From an uncultured Planctomycetaceae bacterium (GTDB taxonomy: Bacteria; Planctomycetota; Planctomycetia; Isosphaerales; Isosphaeraceae): DNA of 64,000 bases. The DNA lies in the NCBI GenBank assembly GCA_963833985.1, contig CAWIAD010000001.1:1-64000 (forward strand), read 5' to 3'. A program made the translations under genes and the position numbers. Each line of letters opens with the position of its first letter. Positions within the stretch are counted from its first letter, which is position 1. Below the pieces are notes generated by a model. That model worked only from the letters and a program-made list of their open reading frames with translations, was not told the DNA's origin and searched no databases. This document shows, in pieces, positions 27,876 through 38,846 of the stretch.

Positions 27876-28389
27876 CGACTGCTCGATTCTGCTCGTGGGA
27901 AGAGGATAATCCAAGCCGGTTCCGGATCACGCTGGCGATCTGCTCGGGCGTTCCGGAGACGTCCACACGGAGGGCATCCGCGGGGGGCTCCAGGATCTCG
28001 AGCTGGCTCTCCAGCAGGGCCGGGTTCATGAAATGGCCGGTGCGCACCGCCAGCCGCCGGGCAATCAGGTCCTCCGGCCCGCACAGGCAAACGTAGCGTA
28101 CCACGTCGAGGTCATGCCGGAGATACTCCTGGTAGGCATGTTTGAGCGCCGAGCACGCGAGCACGATATTCTCACGGCGACCGCGCGCGTCGTCAATCCG
28201 CCGCGCAATGGCTTCGAGCCAGGGCTTGCGGTCAGCGTCCGAGAGAGGGATGCCCCGGCGCATCTTGTCGATGTTTGCCTGCGGATGGAAGTCGTCGGCA
28301 TCGCAAAACGTCCAGCCAAGCTGGCTGGCGAGCACCTTGCCCACTGTTGACTTTCCGGACCCCGTCACTCCCATCAAGACCACGATCAT
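27841..28389 (-). CDS. gntK: Gluconokinase
   Basis: MGVTGSGKST, DADDFHP, ACSALK, GHFM-x-LLESQL. Confidence 0.92.
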   Translation of the reverse strand: MIVVLMGVTGSGKSTVGKVLASQLGWTFCDADDFHPQANIDKMRRGIPLSDADRKPWLEAIARRIDDARGRRENIVLACSALKHAYQEYLRHDLDVVRYVCLCGPEDLIARRLAVRTGHFMNPALLESQLEILEPPADALRVDVSGTPEQIASVIRNRLGLSSSHEQNRAVDGPRNPNAPHV

Positions 28390-28498
28390 GCGCGGAACTC
28401 CGGATCCAGTCATGGTGGTGAGGCCGCCCCCGCGTGCAACCGATAGAATAGACCAGCGCTGAGGGCGCGATCCAATCCTGCACACCCGTGAGGCAGCG

Positions 28499-30611
28499 AT
28501 GAAGACTGGCAGGCGAAGCTGGCGTGCGCTGCTGTCCGCCGGAATCTGGATCGTGGCCTTCGCCCCGGCGCGGGCCGCGGAACCGCCGGATTCGCCTCCC
28601 GCATGGAGCTGGAAGACGGCGGCTCCCGGGACCCAGGGGCTCAGCGCGGCCGGGCTGGAATCGGCCTGGGCCGGCCTGGAGAAACGGCACACCTCCGCAC
28701 TTCTCGTGATCCGCCATGACCAGATCGTCTGCGAGCGCTATGCCGCCGGCTGGAGCCGGTCGAAGCCGCATTACACGGCGTCGATGGCCAAGGCCCTGGT
28801 AGGCGGGGTCAGCTTGATGCTTGCCATGGACGAGGGCCGCATCGCACCGGACGACCTGGCAGGAAGATTCGTGCCCACCTGGAAGACGGACCCGAGGCGG
28901 GCCGCGATCACCATTCGCCATCTCGCCACGCACACCTCAGGCATCGAGGACGCCGAGGCGGATGGCCTGCCGCACGACCGGCTCACGGGCTGGAAGGGAG
29001 ACTTCTGGAAGCGCCTGGCACCTCCGCGATCCCTTCACGCTGGCCAGGGACGTGGCCCCGGTGCTCGGCCTTCCCGGCATGAGCGAGCGCTATAGCAACC
29101 CGGGCATGGCCATGCTGGGATACTGCCTGACAGTGAGCATCCAGGGGACGAGGTGCGCGGACCTGCGTACCCTGCTGCGCGAGCGGGTCATGCGGCCGCT
29201 GGGCGTTCCCGAAGCCCAGTGGTCGGTGGCTTATGGCGGGCCGATGGTCGTGGCCGGCCTACCGCTGGTAGCGACCTGGGGCGGCGGGGCGTACAGCCCG
29301 GACGCCGCGGCCCGCGTGGGGCGGCTCCTGCTGCGCAAGGGCGACTGGGAAGGACAGCGGCTGCTCTCGGCGGCCGTGATCGAGCGAGCCCTCAAGCACA
29401 GCGGCCTGCCGGGCCATTCCGGACTGGGCTGGTGGGTCAATCGCGAAGCGGATGGAACGAAGCTGTGGAAGTCGGCCCCGGAGGACGCTATTGGCGGCGC
29501 GGGGGCCGGTCACCAGGTGCTGGTGGTCATCCCCAGCCTTGATATGATCATCGTGCGCAACGGCGATCGGCTGGACGAGGACCCTGATTTCTGGGGCCCC
29601 ATCGACCGGTTCGTGATCGCGCCGGTACTGGGAGCACTGGTGACGGCCGGCACGCCGCCGTATCCGCCCAGCACGGTCATCCGGTCGGTGCGCTGGGCGC
29701 CCGTGGAGCAGATTATCCGTCGGGCAAAGGGGAGCGACACCTGGCCCCTGACCTGGGCCGATGATGACGCCCAGTACACGGCCTACGGCGACGGCAACGG
29801 CTTCGAGCCGGGGGTCCCGGACAAGCTGAGCATGGGTTTCGCCAGGATTGTGGGCGGCCCGCGGGACTTCAGCGGCACGAACATCCGCTCTCCCACGGGC
29901 GAGCGCAAGGGCGACGGTCCCGCCGGGCAGAAAGCCAGCGGCATGCTTGCGCTGGGAGGGACCCTCTACCTCTGGGCGCGGAACTCCGGCAACGCGCAGC
30001 TTGCCTGGTCGCGCGATTGCGGCCGAAGCTGGACCTGGAGCGACTGGCGGTTCGACACCAGCTTCGGCTGCCCGACGTTTCTCAACTTCGGCAAGAGCTA
30101 TGAAGGGGCAAGAGATTCGTTTGTGTATATCTACTCGCCCGATGGTTCCAGTGCCTACCAGCCGAGCGACCGGATGGTGCTGGCACGGGTGCCGAAGGAC
30201 AGGATCGCCGTGCGCCGGGCCTACGAGTTCTTCCGCGGGCACGATCGCGCCGGCAAGCCGCTCTGGAGCGGCGAGATTGCCGACCGCCAGGCCGTCTTCG
30301 AGTTCGCCGGGGGATGCGGCCGCTCGACGATCAGTTACGATCAGGGTCTGAAGCGCTATTTGTGGTGCCAGACATTGCCGGGTGGAGACGCGCGATTCCG
30401 TGGCGGCTTTGGAATCTACGACGCACCCGAGCCCTGGGGCCCATGGACGACCGTTGACTTCACCAGGGCCTGGGACGTGGGGCCGGGCGAGACGTGCAGC
30501 CTGCCCACGAAGTGGATGAACGGGGACGGCCGCAAGGCGTTCCTGGTCTTCTCGGGCGATGACTGCTTCTCCGTACGCGGCGTGGAATTCATGGTGGATT
30601 GCCCGGAGTGA
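28499..30611 (+). CDS. Beta-lactamase-family serine hydrolase fused to a DUF4185-like domain (frameshift at about 29026)
   Basis: SMAK, HLATHTSG, YSN; C-terminal GSDTWPLTWADD...YDAPEPWGPW. Confidence 0.8.
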
Positions 30612-30719
30612 TTTTGCCGACTTGTTAAGGTTTTTTCGGGTGAAACTCGGTCGACGTTGACATACAATCGCCGGAGCTCAGGACGGTCTGAGAATGCGTC
30701 ACACGATGAAGAGATTGTC

Positions 30720-33700
30720 ATGACAGACGTTCAAGCCTCGACGCAATCATCGTATGCTTCGCTCGACGACGCGCGGAGCGAGCGCCGGTTCCGGTCGCTG
30801 GCCGAGGCAATTCCGCTGATTGTGTGGACCGCGCAGGCTGACGGCGGCAGCGATTACCAGAACCGCCGCTGGGAGGAATACTCCGGTCTGACTGCCGAGC
30901 AATCGGCCGGCTCCGGGTGGATGCAGGCGGTTCACCCGGTGGACCGGGCCCGCTACACCAGCGCCTGGAAGGCGATGCTCCAGGACCAGCGGCGTGGCGA
31001 GTTCGAGGTTCGCCTGCGAAACGCTCAGGGTGTCTTCCGCTGGTTTCTGGCCCTGGCGGAGCCAATCTGTGATGACGCCGGCAAGGTGGTCCGCTGGTTC
31101 GGTACCTGCACCGATATCGACGATCGCAAGCGCGCCAGTGATGAGACGGTGCGGAAGCAGGATGAGCAGCTCAAGCTGGCGGCCGACGCGGCCCGGCTTG
31201 GCTACTGGGACTGGGACCTCAGCACCGACGCGATCTCCTGGTCTGACGGGCTGGAGCGAATCTCCGGCACCTCGCCCGAGGAGTTCGGCCTCAAGTTCGA
31301 GGGCTTTCTGACTCTCGTCCATGCCGACGACCGCGAGCCGGTGGCCAGGGCCGTGCGGCAGGCGATCGAGCAGGGTCATCCGTACGAGACCGAGTTTCGC
31401 ATGGCGCGGCCCGACGGCACGTATCGCTGGTGTCTCACTCGCGGGCAAGTGTACTACGACCACTCCGGCCGGGCCGTCCGCATGTCCGGGATCGACGTGG
31501 ATATCACGGTGCGCAAGGAGGCCGAGGAACGGCTCAGGCAAAGCGAGGAGCGGTTCCGGCAATCGATTGACACGCTCATCGACTGCCTGGCCATTTACAC
31601 GGCCGTGCGCGACCAGGACGGCCGGATCGTCGACTTCCGTACCGAGCATGTGAATCCTTCGGCCTGCCGCAACAATCGGCTGACCCGCGAGCAGCAGGTG
31701 GGCCGCGGTCTGCTGGAATTGCTGCCGGCGCACCGCGAGTGCGGCCTCTTCGAGAAGTATTGCAGGGTGGTCGAGACCGGCGAGCCGCTCGACATCGAGA
31801 CGATCTTCTACGAGGACGATTTTGGCGGCGAGCGCATCGGCCGCACTTTTTCGATCCGCGTCTCGAAGCTGGGCGACGGTTATGTCGCCGCCTGGCGCGA
31901 TATCAGCGACTGGAAACAGGCCGAGAGTCAGCTCAAGGAGAGCCTGGAGTTCTCACGGCGGATCGCCGAGATCACGCCAACGGTGCTCTACATCTTCGAC
32001 ATCGAGGAGATCCGGCCCGTTTATCACAACCGCACGATCGAGGCACTCATGGGCTACTCGCCCGAGGAGGTCCTGGCGTTAGGCTCCAGCGCCATGGCCA
32101 CTCTCATTCATCCGGACGACCAGGTCCTTCTGCATGAACACTTCGCCAGGATGCGCGACCTCGGGGACGGCGAGAAAGTTGCCCTCGATTACCGGGTCAA
32201 GGATGCGAAGGGCCAGTGGCGGCGGTTCCATGCCGAAGAATCGGTCTTCCAGCGCGGGGCCGACGGACGGGTGAAGCAGGTCATCGGCTCGGCAATTGAT
32301 ATCACCGGGTTCCACCTCGCCGACATCACCACCCGTGATCGCCACGATCGGCTCCGCACGTTTGCCGACTCCGACATTGTCGGTATCGTCTTCGCCGACA
32401 TTCATGGCGGCATCAGCTTCGCGAACGACGAGTACCTGCGGATCATCGGCTACAGCCGCGAGGAATTCAGCTCGGGAGGGATCCGGTGGACGGCGATCAC
32501 TCCGCCGGAATGGCTTCCGGTGGACCAGCGGGCCATCGAGGAAGCGCTTGCCGGCCCCGGCGCTTGCCGGCCTTACGAAAAGGAATACATCCGCAAGGAC
32601 GGCAGCCGGGTCCCCGTGCTCGTGGGCTTCACGCTCATCGAGACCGAGGAGACTGTCGCGTTCGTCCTGGACATCTCGGAGCGGAAACGGACCGAAGCGG
32701 CGCTGCGCGAGGGTGAGGAGCGGCTCAGTCTGGCCATCGAGGGCGCACGGCTAGGCATGTGGGACTGGGACGTACAGAGCGGACGGGTGCTCTGGAACCG
32801 CCATCACGAGCGGATCTTTGGATACGAACCCGGTCAGCCGGAACGCACCTATCGCGACTTCATCAGCCGCGTTCATCCGGACGACCTGCCGGCGATCGAG
32901 GCCGGTTTTCAGAAGGCCATGGACGAACGCAGCGAATACCGCTTCGTGCACCGCGTGGTCTGGCCGTCTGGCAAGGTCCGCTGGGTGGAAGCCCACGGCC
33001 GCTTCTCGTATGACTCCCAGGGGCGCGCCGTTCGTTCGCTGGGAATCCTCACGGACATCACCGATCTGAAGCAGGCCGAGGAGGCGCTGCGCGAGGCGGA
33101 TCGCCGCAAGGACGAATTCCTCGCGATGCTGGCCCACGAGCTGCGAAACCCGCTCTCGGTGCTCAGCAACGCCATCCAGCTCTTCCGGTCTCCCACCGCG
33201 ACCGCGGACGATCTGTCGTGGGCGAGCGGCGCCGCGGAACGCCAGGTGAAGAACCTGGTGCGCATGACCGACGACTTGCAAGACATCTCCCGCATCACCC
33301 AGGGAAAAATCAAGGTGCGCAAGACGCGGCTCGACGCGTCGACCGTGGTGCTGCGGGCCGCGGAATCCGTCCGTCCGTTCTTCGACTCACGCGGGCACGA
33401 GCTGCTGGTCTCGGTGGACGCCCCCTTGCCGCTGGAAGGCGATCCGACCCGGCTGGAGCAGGTTCTCACGAACCTGCTGAACAACGCCGGCAAGTATACC
33501 GAGAAGGGTCGGCGCATCCGGCTCAGCGCGGGGGTGGAAGCAGACGCGGTGGTGCTCCGCGTGCGCGACACGGGGCTGGGGATCGCACCGGAGATGTTGC
33601 CCAGAGTGTTCGAGCTCTATGCCCAGGTGGACAGCTCGATCGCTCGGGCCCAGGGCGGCCTGGGAATCGGCCTGGCGCTGGTTCGCGCCCTGGTGGAGAT

Positions 33701-34202
33701 GCACGGCGGCCAGGTCTCCGCGGCCAGCGATGGGCCCGGCCAGGGAAGCGAGTTCACGGTCCGCCTCCCCCTCTGCCGCGAGTTTCCCGGGTCGTCTCGG
33801 GCGGCGACCGATGCGCCGAGCTTGCCTAAAGCTCGACCGGTCCGGGGGCGCAAGCTGCTGATCGTCGACGACAACCTTGACACGCTCCGGAGCATGGCGG
33901 TCCTGCTCCAGCTGTACGGCCACACCGTGGTCACGGCCGAGGACGGGCCGATGGCTCTGGAAATGTCGCGCGCGCATCGTCCGGAGGTCGTCCTCATGGA
34001 CCTTGGCCTGCCCGGCATGAGCGGGTACGAAGTGGCCGAGAGCCTGCGCTCCGCCGGATTGGACAATCCCGCGTTGATCGCGGTCTCCGGATATACCCAG
34101 AAGCGGGACCGCGAGAAGTCGCGTCTTGCCGGATTTGACTTCCACCTCGCCAAGCCCGTGGATCTCGAGACGCTGCTGGCGATCCTGGATAAACTGGACT
34201 GA
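30720..34202 (+). CDS. Cytoplasmic hybrid histidine kinase (about 6 PAS, HisKA, HATPase, receiver)
   Basis: Repeated HPDD/DITxRK PAS-PAC motifs; LAHELRNPL; NLLNNAGKY; GGLGIGL; receiver VDD/DLGLP/KP. Confidence 0.95.
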   Translation: MTDVQASTQSSYASLDDARSERRFRSLAEAIPLIVWTAQADGGSDYQNRRWEEYSGLTAEQSAGSGWMQAVHPVDRARYTSAWKAMLQDQRRGEFEVRLRNAQGVFRWFLALAEPICDDAGKVVRWFGTCTDIDDRKRASDETVRKQDEQLKLAADAARLGYWDWDLSTDAISWSDGLERISGTSPEEFGLKFEGFLTLVHADDREPVARAVRQAIEQGHPYETEFRMARPDGTYRWCLTRGQVYYDHSGRAVRMSGIDVDITVRKEAEERLRQSEERFRQSIDTLIDCLAIYTAVRDQDGRIVDFRTEHVNPSACRNNRLTREQQVGRGLLELLPAHRECGLFEKYCRVVETGEPLDIETIFYEDDFGGERIGRTFSIRVSKLGDGYVAAWRDISDWKQAESQLKESLEFSRRIAEITPTVLYIFDIEEIRPVYHNRTIEALMGYSPEEVLALGSSAMATLIHPDDQVLLHEHFARMRDLGDGEKVALDYRVKDAKGQWRRFHAEESVFQRGADGRVKQVIGSAIDITGFHLADITTRDRHDRLRTFADSDIVGIVFADIHGGISFANDEYLRIIGYSREEFSSGGIRWTAITPPEWLPVDQRAIEEALAGPGACRPYEKEYIRKDGSRVPVLVGFTLIETEETVAFVLDISERKRTEAALREGEERLSLAIEGARLGMWDWDVQSGRVLWNRHHERIFGYEPGQPERTYRDFISRVHPDDLPAIEAGFQKAMDERSEYRFVHRVVWPSGKVRWVEAHGRFSYDSQGRAVRSLGILTDITDLKQAEEALREADRRKDEFLAMLAHELRNPLSVLSNAIQLFRSPTATADDLSWASGAAERQVKNLVRMTDDLQDISRITQGKIKVRKTRLDASTVVLRAAESVRPFFDSRGHELLVSVDAPLPLEGDPTRLEQVLTNLLNNAGKYTEKGRRIRLSAGVEADAVVLRVRDTGLGIAPEMLPRVFELYAQVDSSIARAQGGLGIGLALVRALVEMHGGQVSAASDGPGQGSEFTVRLPLCREFPGSSRAATDAPSLPKARPVRGRKLLIVDDNLDTLRSMAVLLQLYGHTVVTAEDGPMALEMSRAHRPEVVLMDLGLPGMSGYEVAESLRSAGLDNPALIAVSGYTQKRDREKSRLAGFDFHLAKPVDLETLLAILDKLD

Positions 34203-34266
34203 AGCTGCGGCGAAGCGTGGGACGAGACTCCATCGGCCGCGGCCGGAGTGCTCTCGGAGCAAGCCG

Positions 34267-35733
34267 ATGTCCGAATGGCTCACGAAAACCCTCAAGGCCG
34301 AGGTGCAGAGCTTGCTGCCGCTGGCAGGCGAGGACGATGACCTGCGCGCGGAGCTGCGGGCGCTCGCCCAGGAGATCCTCGCCGCGACGGAGCCGCCACC
34401 GGCCAGGGGTGAGCCGGCGAAAGCGCCTGCCCAGGGTCCCCAGGAAGAGCCGCGGCTTGAGCTGACGCTGGGCCAGAGGCGGACAAACCCTGACCGTCAT
34501 GCCCCGGTGCCGGAGCATCCAGACAGCAAGCCGGCGGCGGCCGGCGGATCCGAGCTGGACCGGCTGGAATTCCGGTGCCGGCGCAAGGCCGAGGCCGCAC
34601 GGTGGGCGGCGGAGTCCCAGCGGTTCGTCCGCGAGCGCGGCGAGGTCCCCGCGCCGGTAGTCGCGCTGGACGGGGAGCTGGCCGACTGGGCCGCCCAATG
34701 GACCGATGCGCTTTGCTGGGTAAGCCAGCGGGACACTGCCGATGCGACCGACATCGCGATCCTGGACGACCTTGCGGGATGCTTCGAGACACTGGCGGAA
34801 GCTCTGGCACTGGTCCGCGAGGCTCCTGCCCGCAGCAAGGCCTTCGACCGGGCGATCCGCCACCTGGCCGAGGCGCAATCGGCACTGCGGAGAGCGCTCG
34901 GGCGCCTGGATATCGGAAACGATTCCGACCAGGAAGCCGCGTTCGAGTGGGTGCGGGCGGCGGCGGCGCGGCAGCGCATCTATCTGGAACGGCACATGTG
35001 CGCCGACGACCTCGCCGACCCCACTGGCTGGCGCGATCTCCTGACGCGAATGGAACACGCCCGCTCGAGCGGCCGCTGGACTGACGAGCAGACCGCGCTT
35101 CTGGAGACGGCCCGCCAGCATGGCCACCGGCTCGCGGAGGGAGCAGGCGCCGCGGAAGACTGGCTGGCGCTGGCGGCCGCCGTTGCCGAGCTCGTGGCAC
35201 ACGGCATGCCGCCCAGCACGCGCGAACTCCGCGACCTGCTCTTGCCGCTCGTCGACGAGATTCCCGACCGCGATGACCTGCCAGTCGGTTTTCAGCGGGT
35301 ACTCCGCGAGATCGATCGCTTCCTGGCCACCCGCGGATTCAAGGCTGAGCCTGCCGCGGGGCCGGAGCCGACCGCTGAAGTGCAAGAGGCCGCACGGCTT
35401 CTGAACGGCAAGGCCGTGGTTCTCATCGGCGGCAGCCGGCGCCGCGATGCACAGGAAACACTCAGGCGCGCGCTGGGGCTGACCGCCCTGGTCTGGATCG
35501 AGACCAGGGAGCACCAGCCGGTGAGCAGCTTCGAACCCGTCATCGCACGCGGCGACGTCGCGCTGGTGCTGCTGGCCATCCGCTGGTCGAGCCACAGCTT
35601 TGGCGAGGTCCGCCATCTCTGCGAGCGGCACGGCAAGCCGCTGGTTCGTCTGCCGGGAGGCTACAGCCTGAACCAGGTGGCGGCACAGGTGCTTGCCCAG
35701 GCCAGCCAGCATCTCGGCATGGCCACCCCGTGA
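34267..35733 (+). CDS. Helical protein with C-terminal DUF2325-like domain
   Basis: KAVVLIGG...VLLAIRWSSHS...CERHGKPLV. Confidence 0.7.
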   Translation: MSEWLTKTLKAEVQSLLPLAGEDDDLRAELRALAQEILAATEPPPARGEPAKAPAQGPQEEPRLELTLGQRRTNPDRHAPVPEHPDSKPAAAGGSELDRLEFRCRRKAEAARWAAESQRFVRERGEVPAPVVALDGELADWAAQWTDALCWVSQRDTADATDIAILDDLAGCFETLAEALALVREAPARSKAFDRAIRHLAEAQSALRRALGRLDIGNDSDQEAAFEWVRAAAARQRIYLERHMCADDLADPTGWRDLLTRMEHARSSGRWTDEQTALLETARQHGHRLAEGAGAAEDWLALAAAVAELVAHGMPPSTRELRDLLLPLVDEIPDRDDLPVGFQRVLREIDRFLATRGFKAEPAAGPEPTAEVQEAARLLNGKAVVLIGGSRRRDAQETLRRALGLTALVWIETREHQPVSSFEPVIARGDVALVLLAIRWSSHSFGEVRHLCERHGKPLVRLPGGYSLNQVAAQVLAQASQHLGMATP

Positions 35734-35744
35734 CACCGGCGGCT

Positions 35745-36299
35745 TCAGTTCACCCTGGGGTCCGCCGGGAGCGACTTGAGACCGAGAAACTCGGAGAGCT
35801 TTCGCGCATGAATCTGCGCAACCACGGTGCGCCAGAGGTCTTTCTCGCCTTCCCAGAAGACGTGATCCTTCGTGGCGGGCAACGTCAGCCATGAATCCCA
35901 GTTGAACTCGCCTTCGAGCTGACCGGGGCCCCAACCCGAATAATTGGCGATGACCAGGGACGGCTCCGGGCGCTCGCGGATCACCTGCTGAACCGCGGCC
36001 GTCTCGAGCGTGACGAACACGCCCGGGATGATCTCGTGGTCCGCCAGGTTCTCAAGCGTATGCAAGACGGTGAGCGAGCCGGGCACCGGGCCTCCAAGCT
36101 GCAATGGCTTGTCCCAGGTGAAGTCCTCCTCGAAGATCCTTCCCGCCAGGTCCGTGATCTGGGTGTTGATCGGCTGATTGAGGATCAGGCCCATGGCTCC
36201 GTCCTGATTGTGCTCCAGCATCAAAAGCACCGACCGCGCGAACACCGGCGTGTCCAGTTGTGGGGCGGCGATCAGCAAGTGTCCCTTGAGCGATTGCAT
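35745..36299 (-). CDS. YqgE/AlgH family protein
   Basis: GHLLIA, FARSV, GAMGLILNQP, GGPV, YSGWGPGQLEGE. Confidence 0.92.
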   Translation of the reverse strand: MQSLKGHLLIAAPQLDTPVFARSVLLMLEHNQDGAMGLILNQPINTQITDLAGRIFEEDFTWDKPLQLGGPVPGSLTVLHTLENLADHEIIPGVFVTLETAAVQQVIRERPEPSLVIANYSGWGPGQLEGEFNWDSWLTLPATKDHVFWEGEKDLWRTVVAQIHARKLSEFLGLKSLPADPRVN

Positions 36300-36428
36300 G
36301 AATTCATCCGCAGCCAGGGGGATCTGTCCATGGCTCACGCACTGTGGCCTACAAAATCCTATGAGTCATGGCAAGCTGCGGGAAATAGCCGTTCAAGGAG
36401 GCTGGCGCCCACACACGCAGATCCGGCC

Positions 36429-36755
36429 ATGACCTATGAGCTTCAGGGTGGTCCGGCTGGTGAGCCGAAATCAGTGTTGTTTCGCCAGCGCGCCGAGATT
36501 TGCATCAGAACCGGACAGGTCCTAGGTTTGGGTGAGGCAGATCCTGGGCAGGAGGATCATCGGGTGGACGGCGCAGCATTGCCAGGTAACGAATTGCCCG
36601 GACAGACCCGGCCCATTGACTTCCTGCGCCACCTGCTGGAGCGCCTGGGCTCGCCCGATCTCACTCTGCCGGAAGCCCGTTGCCTGCGAGTGCGGATTCA
36701 TCAGCTTCTGGGCGAGGTCAATCCGGACCAGCACCTTCCCGAGGTGTTCCCGTAG
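36429..36755 (+). CDS. Possible small hypothetical protein
   Basis: Amphipathic DFLRHLLERLGSPDLTLPEAR segment; weak support. Confidence 0.3.
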   Translation: MTYELQGGPAGEPKSVLFRQRAEICIRTGQVLGLGEADPGQEDHRVDGAALPGNELPGQTRPIDFLRHLLERLGSPDLTLPEARCLRVRIHQLLGEVNPDQHLPEVFP

Positions 36756-36809
36756 ATTCAATAAAGTTGAAATAGCGTTAACGAAAAAGGCCAAGAGGCT
36801 TGCGACGGA

Positions 36810-36939
36810 CTTGTTCCCACGCTCTGCGTGGGAACACCGATCGGGACGCTCTGCGTCCCATGGATTTCCCAGGCTCCGCAGGGGCCAAAACGACGCGGAG
36901 CGTCGCAGACGGCATTCCCACGCGGAGCGTGGGAACGAG
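36810..36939. repeat. REP doublet-type palindromic element
   Basis: GTTCCCACGC-TCT-GCGTGGGAAC, GGGACGC-TCT-GCGTCCC, GACGC-GGA-GCGTC and TTCCCACGC-GGA-GCGTGGGAA in mirror order. Confidence 0.85.
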
Positions 36940-37033
36940 GGACAAACCTATGCCTGGACTCAACTTATCGCCATTTTCAATGGTATTGCAATTAGATTGA
37001 GTCCGCAAGCCGGCGCGCACACCGCCGCCAGCT

Positions 37034-37504
37034 TCACAGGTGGCAGCTCGCTCCGCCGGTTTTCTGAACATACTTCTGGTGATACTCCTCGGCGCGCCAG
37101 AAGGTGGAGGCGGGCGTGATCTCGGTGACGATCGGCCGCCGGTACCGGCCGCTGGCCTCAAGCCGCTCCTTCATGGACGTGGCAGCTGCACGTTGCGACT
37201 CGTCGTGCGTGAACACGGCCGAACGGTACTGGGTTCCGGAGTCGGGCCCCTGGCGGTTGAGCGTGGTCGGATCGTGGATCTCCCAGAAGATCTCCAGCAG
37301 CCGTTCATAGCCGACCTGGGAGGGATCGAAATGCACCTGGACCACCTCGGCATGGCCGGTCCGGTCGGTGCAGACGGCCCGGTAACTGGGGTTCTCCAGG
37401 TGTCCGCCCATGTAACCGACCGCTGTCTCGGTCACTCCCGGTACACGGCGAAATGCTTCCTCGACGCCCCAGAAGCAGCCCGCGCCGAATGTCGCTGTGG
37501 ACAT
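37034..37504 (-). CDS. msrA: Peptide-methionine (S)-S-oxide reductase
   Basis: GAGCFWG, TGHAE, HDPT-x-[12 protein letters not shown]. Confidence 0.97.
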   Translation of the reverse strand: MSTATFGAGCFWGVEEAFRRVPGVTETAVGYMGGHLENPSYRAVCTDRTGHAEVVQVHFDPSQVGYERLLEIFWEIHDPTTLNRQGPDSGTQYRSAVFTHDESQRAAATSMKERLEASGRYRRPIVTEITPASTFWRAEEYHQKYVQKTGGASCHL

Positions 37505-37680
37505 GACTCACTCTCCCCTGGTGTTGCCGGTCGGTCTCCTCAAGAAGTTGTAGGGTGAACCCCGCACCAGAGCAAGCCCCGGCGATTTGGGGTATGCTCG
37601 GGATTCCTGAAAAGCATGGTCCGGATCGTGCCTGAGATGTCGCTCAGACCGGACGTACTCGACTGCTGCGAGGATTCTGA

Positions 37681-38814
37681 ATGAGCCCCGAGACGACCCA
37701 ACCACTGGCCGGCCCGCCGGACCGCAACGACCCGCTGCCCACGGCCGAGCTCTTCAGCCCCCTGGCCATCCGCGGGGTGACGCTGCGCCACCGGGTGGCG
37801 ATGTCCCCCATGTGCCAGTATTCCTCGCACGAGGGGCTGGCGAACGACTGGCATCTCGTTCACCTGGGCAGCCGTGCGGCCGGGGGCGTCTCGCTGGTGA
37901 TGGTCGAGGCGACGGCCGTGACCCGCGACGGCCGCATCTCACCGGGCGACATGGGAATCTGGGACGACGGGCAGATTGAACCCCTGGCCCGGATCGCCCG
38001 GTTCGTTCAGTCGCAGGGCGCCGTGCCGGGCATTCAGATCGCCCACGCCGGCCGCAAGGCCAGTTGCGACGTCCCCTGGAAGGGCGGTAAGAGCCTCAAA
38101 TCGCCGGCCGAAGGGGGCTGGACGGTCGTCGGGCCCAGCGCCATCCCCTTCCGCGCGGGTGATCCGGTACCGGTTGCACTCGATGAGGCCGGAATCGACG
38201 CTGTGGTTGCCGCCTTCGAGGCGGCGGCCCGGCGCGCCTGGTGCGCGGGCTTTCAGCTCATCGAGATCCACGCGGCACATGGTTACCTGCTGCATGAGTT
38301 CCTTTCACCGCTGGCCAATCAGCGCACCGACCGCTACGGCGGCTCGCTGGAGAACCGCATGCGGCTCCTGCTCCGGGTGGCCCATCGGCTGCGGTCGATC
38401 TTGCCGGAGACGATGCCGCTGTTCGTGCGCATCTCCGCCACCGACTGGGTGGACGGCGGCTGGGATGTCGACCAGTCCGTTGTCCTGGCGGGCCTGTTGC
38501 GCGACATCGGCATCGACCTCATCGACGTCTCGTCCGGCGCCATCGTGCCGGACGCGAAGATCCCGGCCGGTCCAGGCTTCCAGGTGCCGTTCGCGCGGAG
38601 GATCCGTGAGGAGGCCAGGATCAGGACCGGCGCGGTGGGCATGATCACCGACTTCGAGCAGGCGCGCACGATCATCGAGTCGGGGGCTGCCGACGTCGTG
38701 CTATTGGGGCGCGAACTGCTGCGCGAGCCGTACTGGGTACTCCGGGCGCAAGAGCACTTCGGCGTGCCGGCCGGCTGGCCCGTACCCTACGGCTACGCGG
38801 TGAAGAGGCGGTGA
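37681..38814 (+). CDS. NADH:flavin oxidoreductase (old yellow enzyme, YqjM/NamA-like)
   Basis: SPMCQYS, QIAHAGRKAS, EIHAAHGYLLHEFLSP, YGGSLENRMR. Confidence 0.93.
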   Translation: MSPETTQPLAGPPDRNDPLPTAELFSPLAIRGVTLRHRVAMSPMCQYSSHEGLANDWHLVHLGSRAAGGVSLVMVEATAVTRDGRISPGDMGIWDDGQIEPLARIARFVQSQGAVPGIQIAHAGRKASCDVPWKGGKSLKSPAEGGWTVVGPSAIPFRAGDPVPVALDEAGIDAVVAAFEAAARRAWCAGFQLIEIHAAHGYLLHEFLSPLANQRTDRYGGSLENRMRLLLRVAHRLRSILPETMPLFVRISATDWVDGGWDVDQSVVLAGLLRDIGIDLIDVSSGAIVPDAKIPAGPGFQVPFARRIREEARIRTGAVGMITDFEQARTIIESGAADVVLLGRELLREPYWVLRAQEHFGVPAGWPVPYGYAVKRR

Positions 38815-38846
38815 GCCTGGCCAGTCCGGACGAAGGAGATCGCAGC

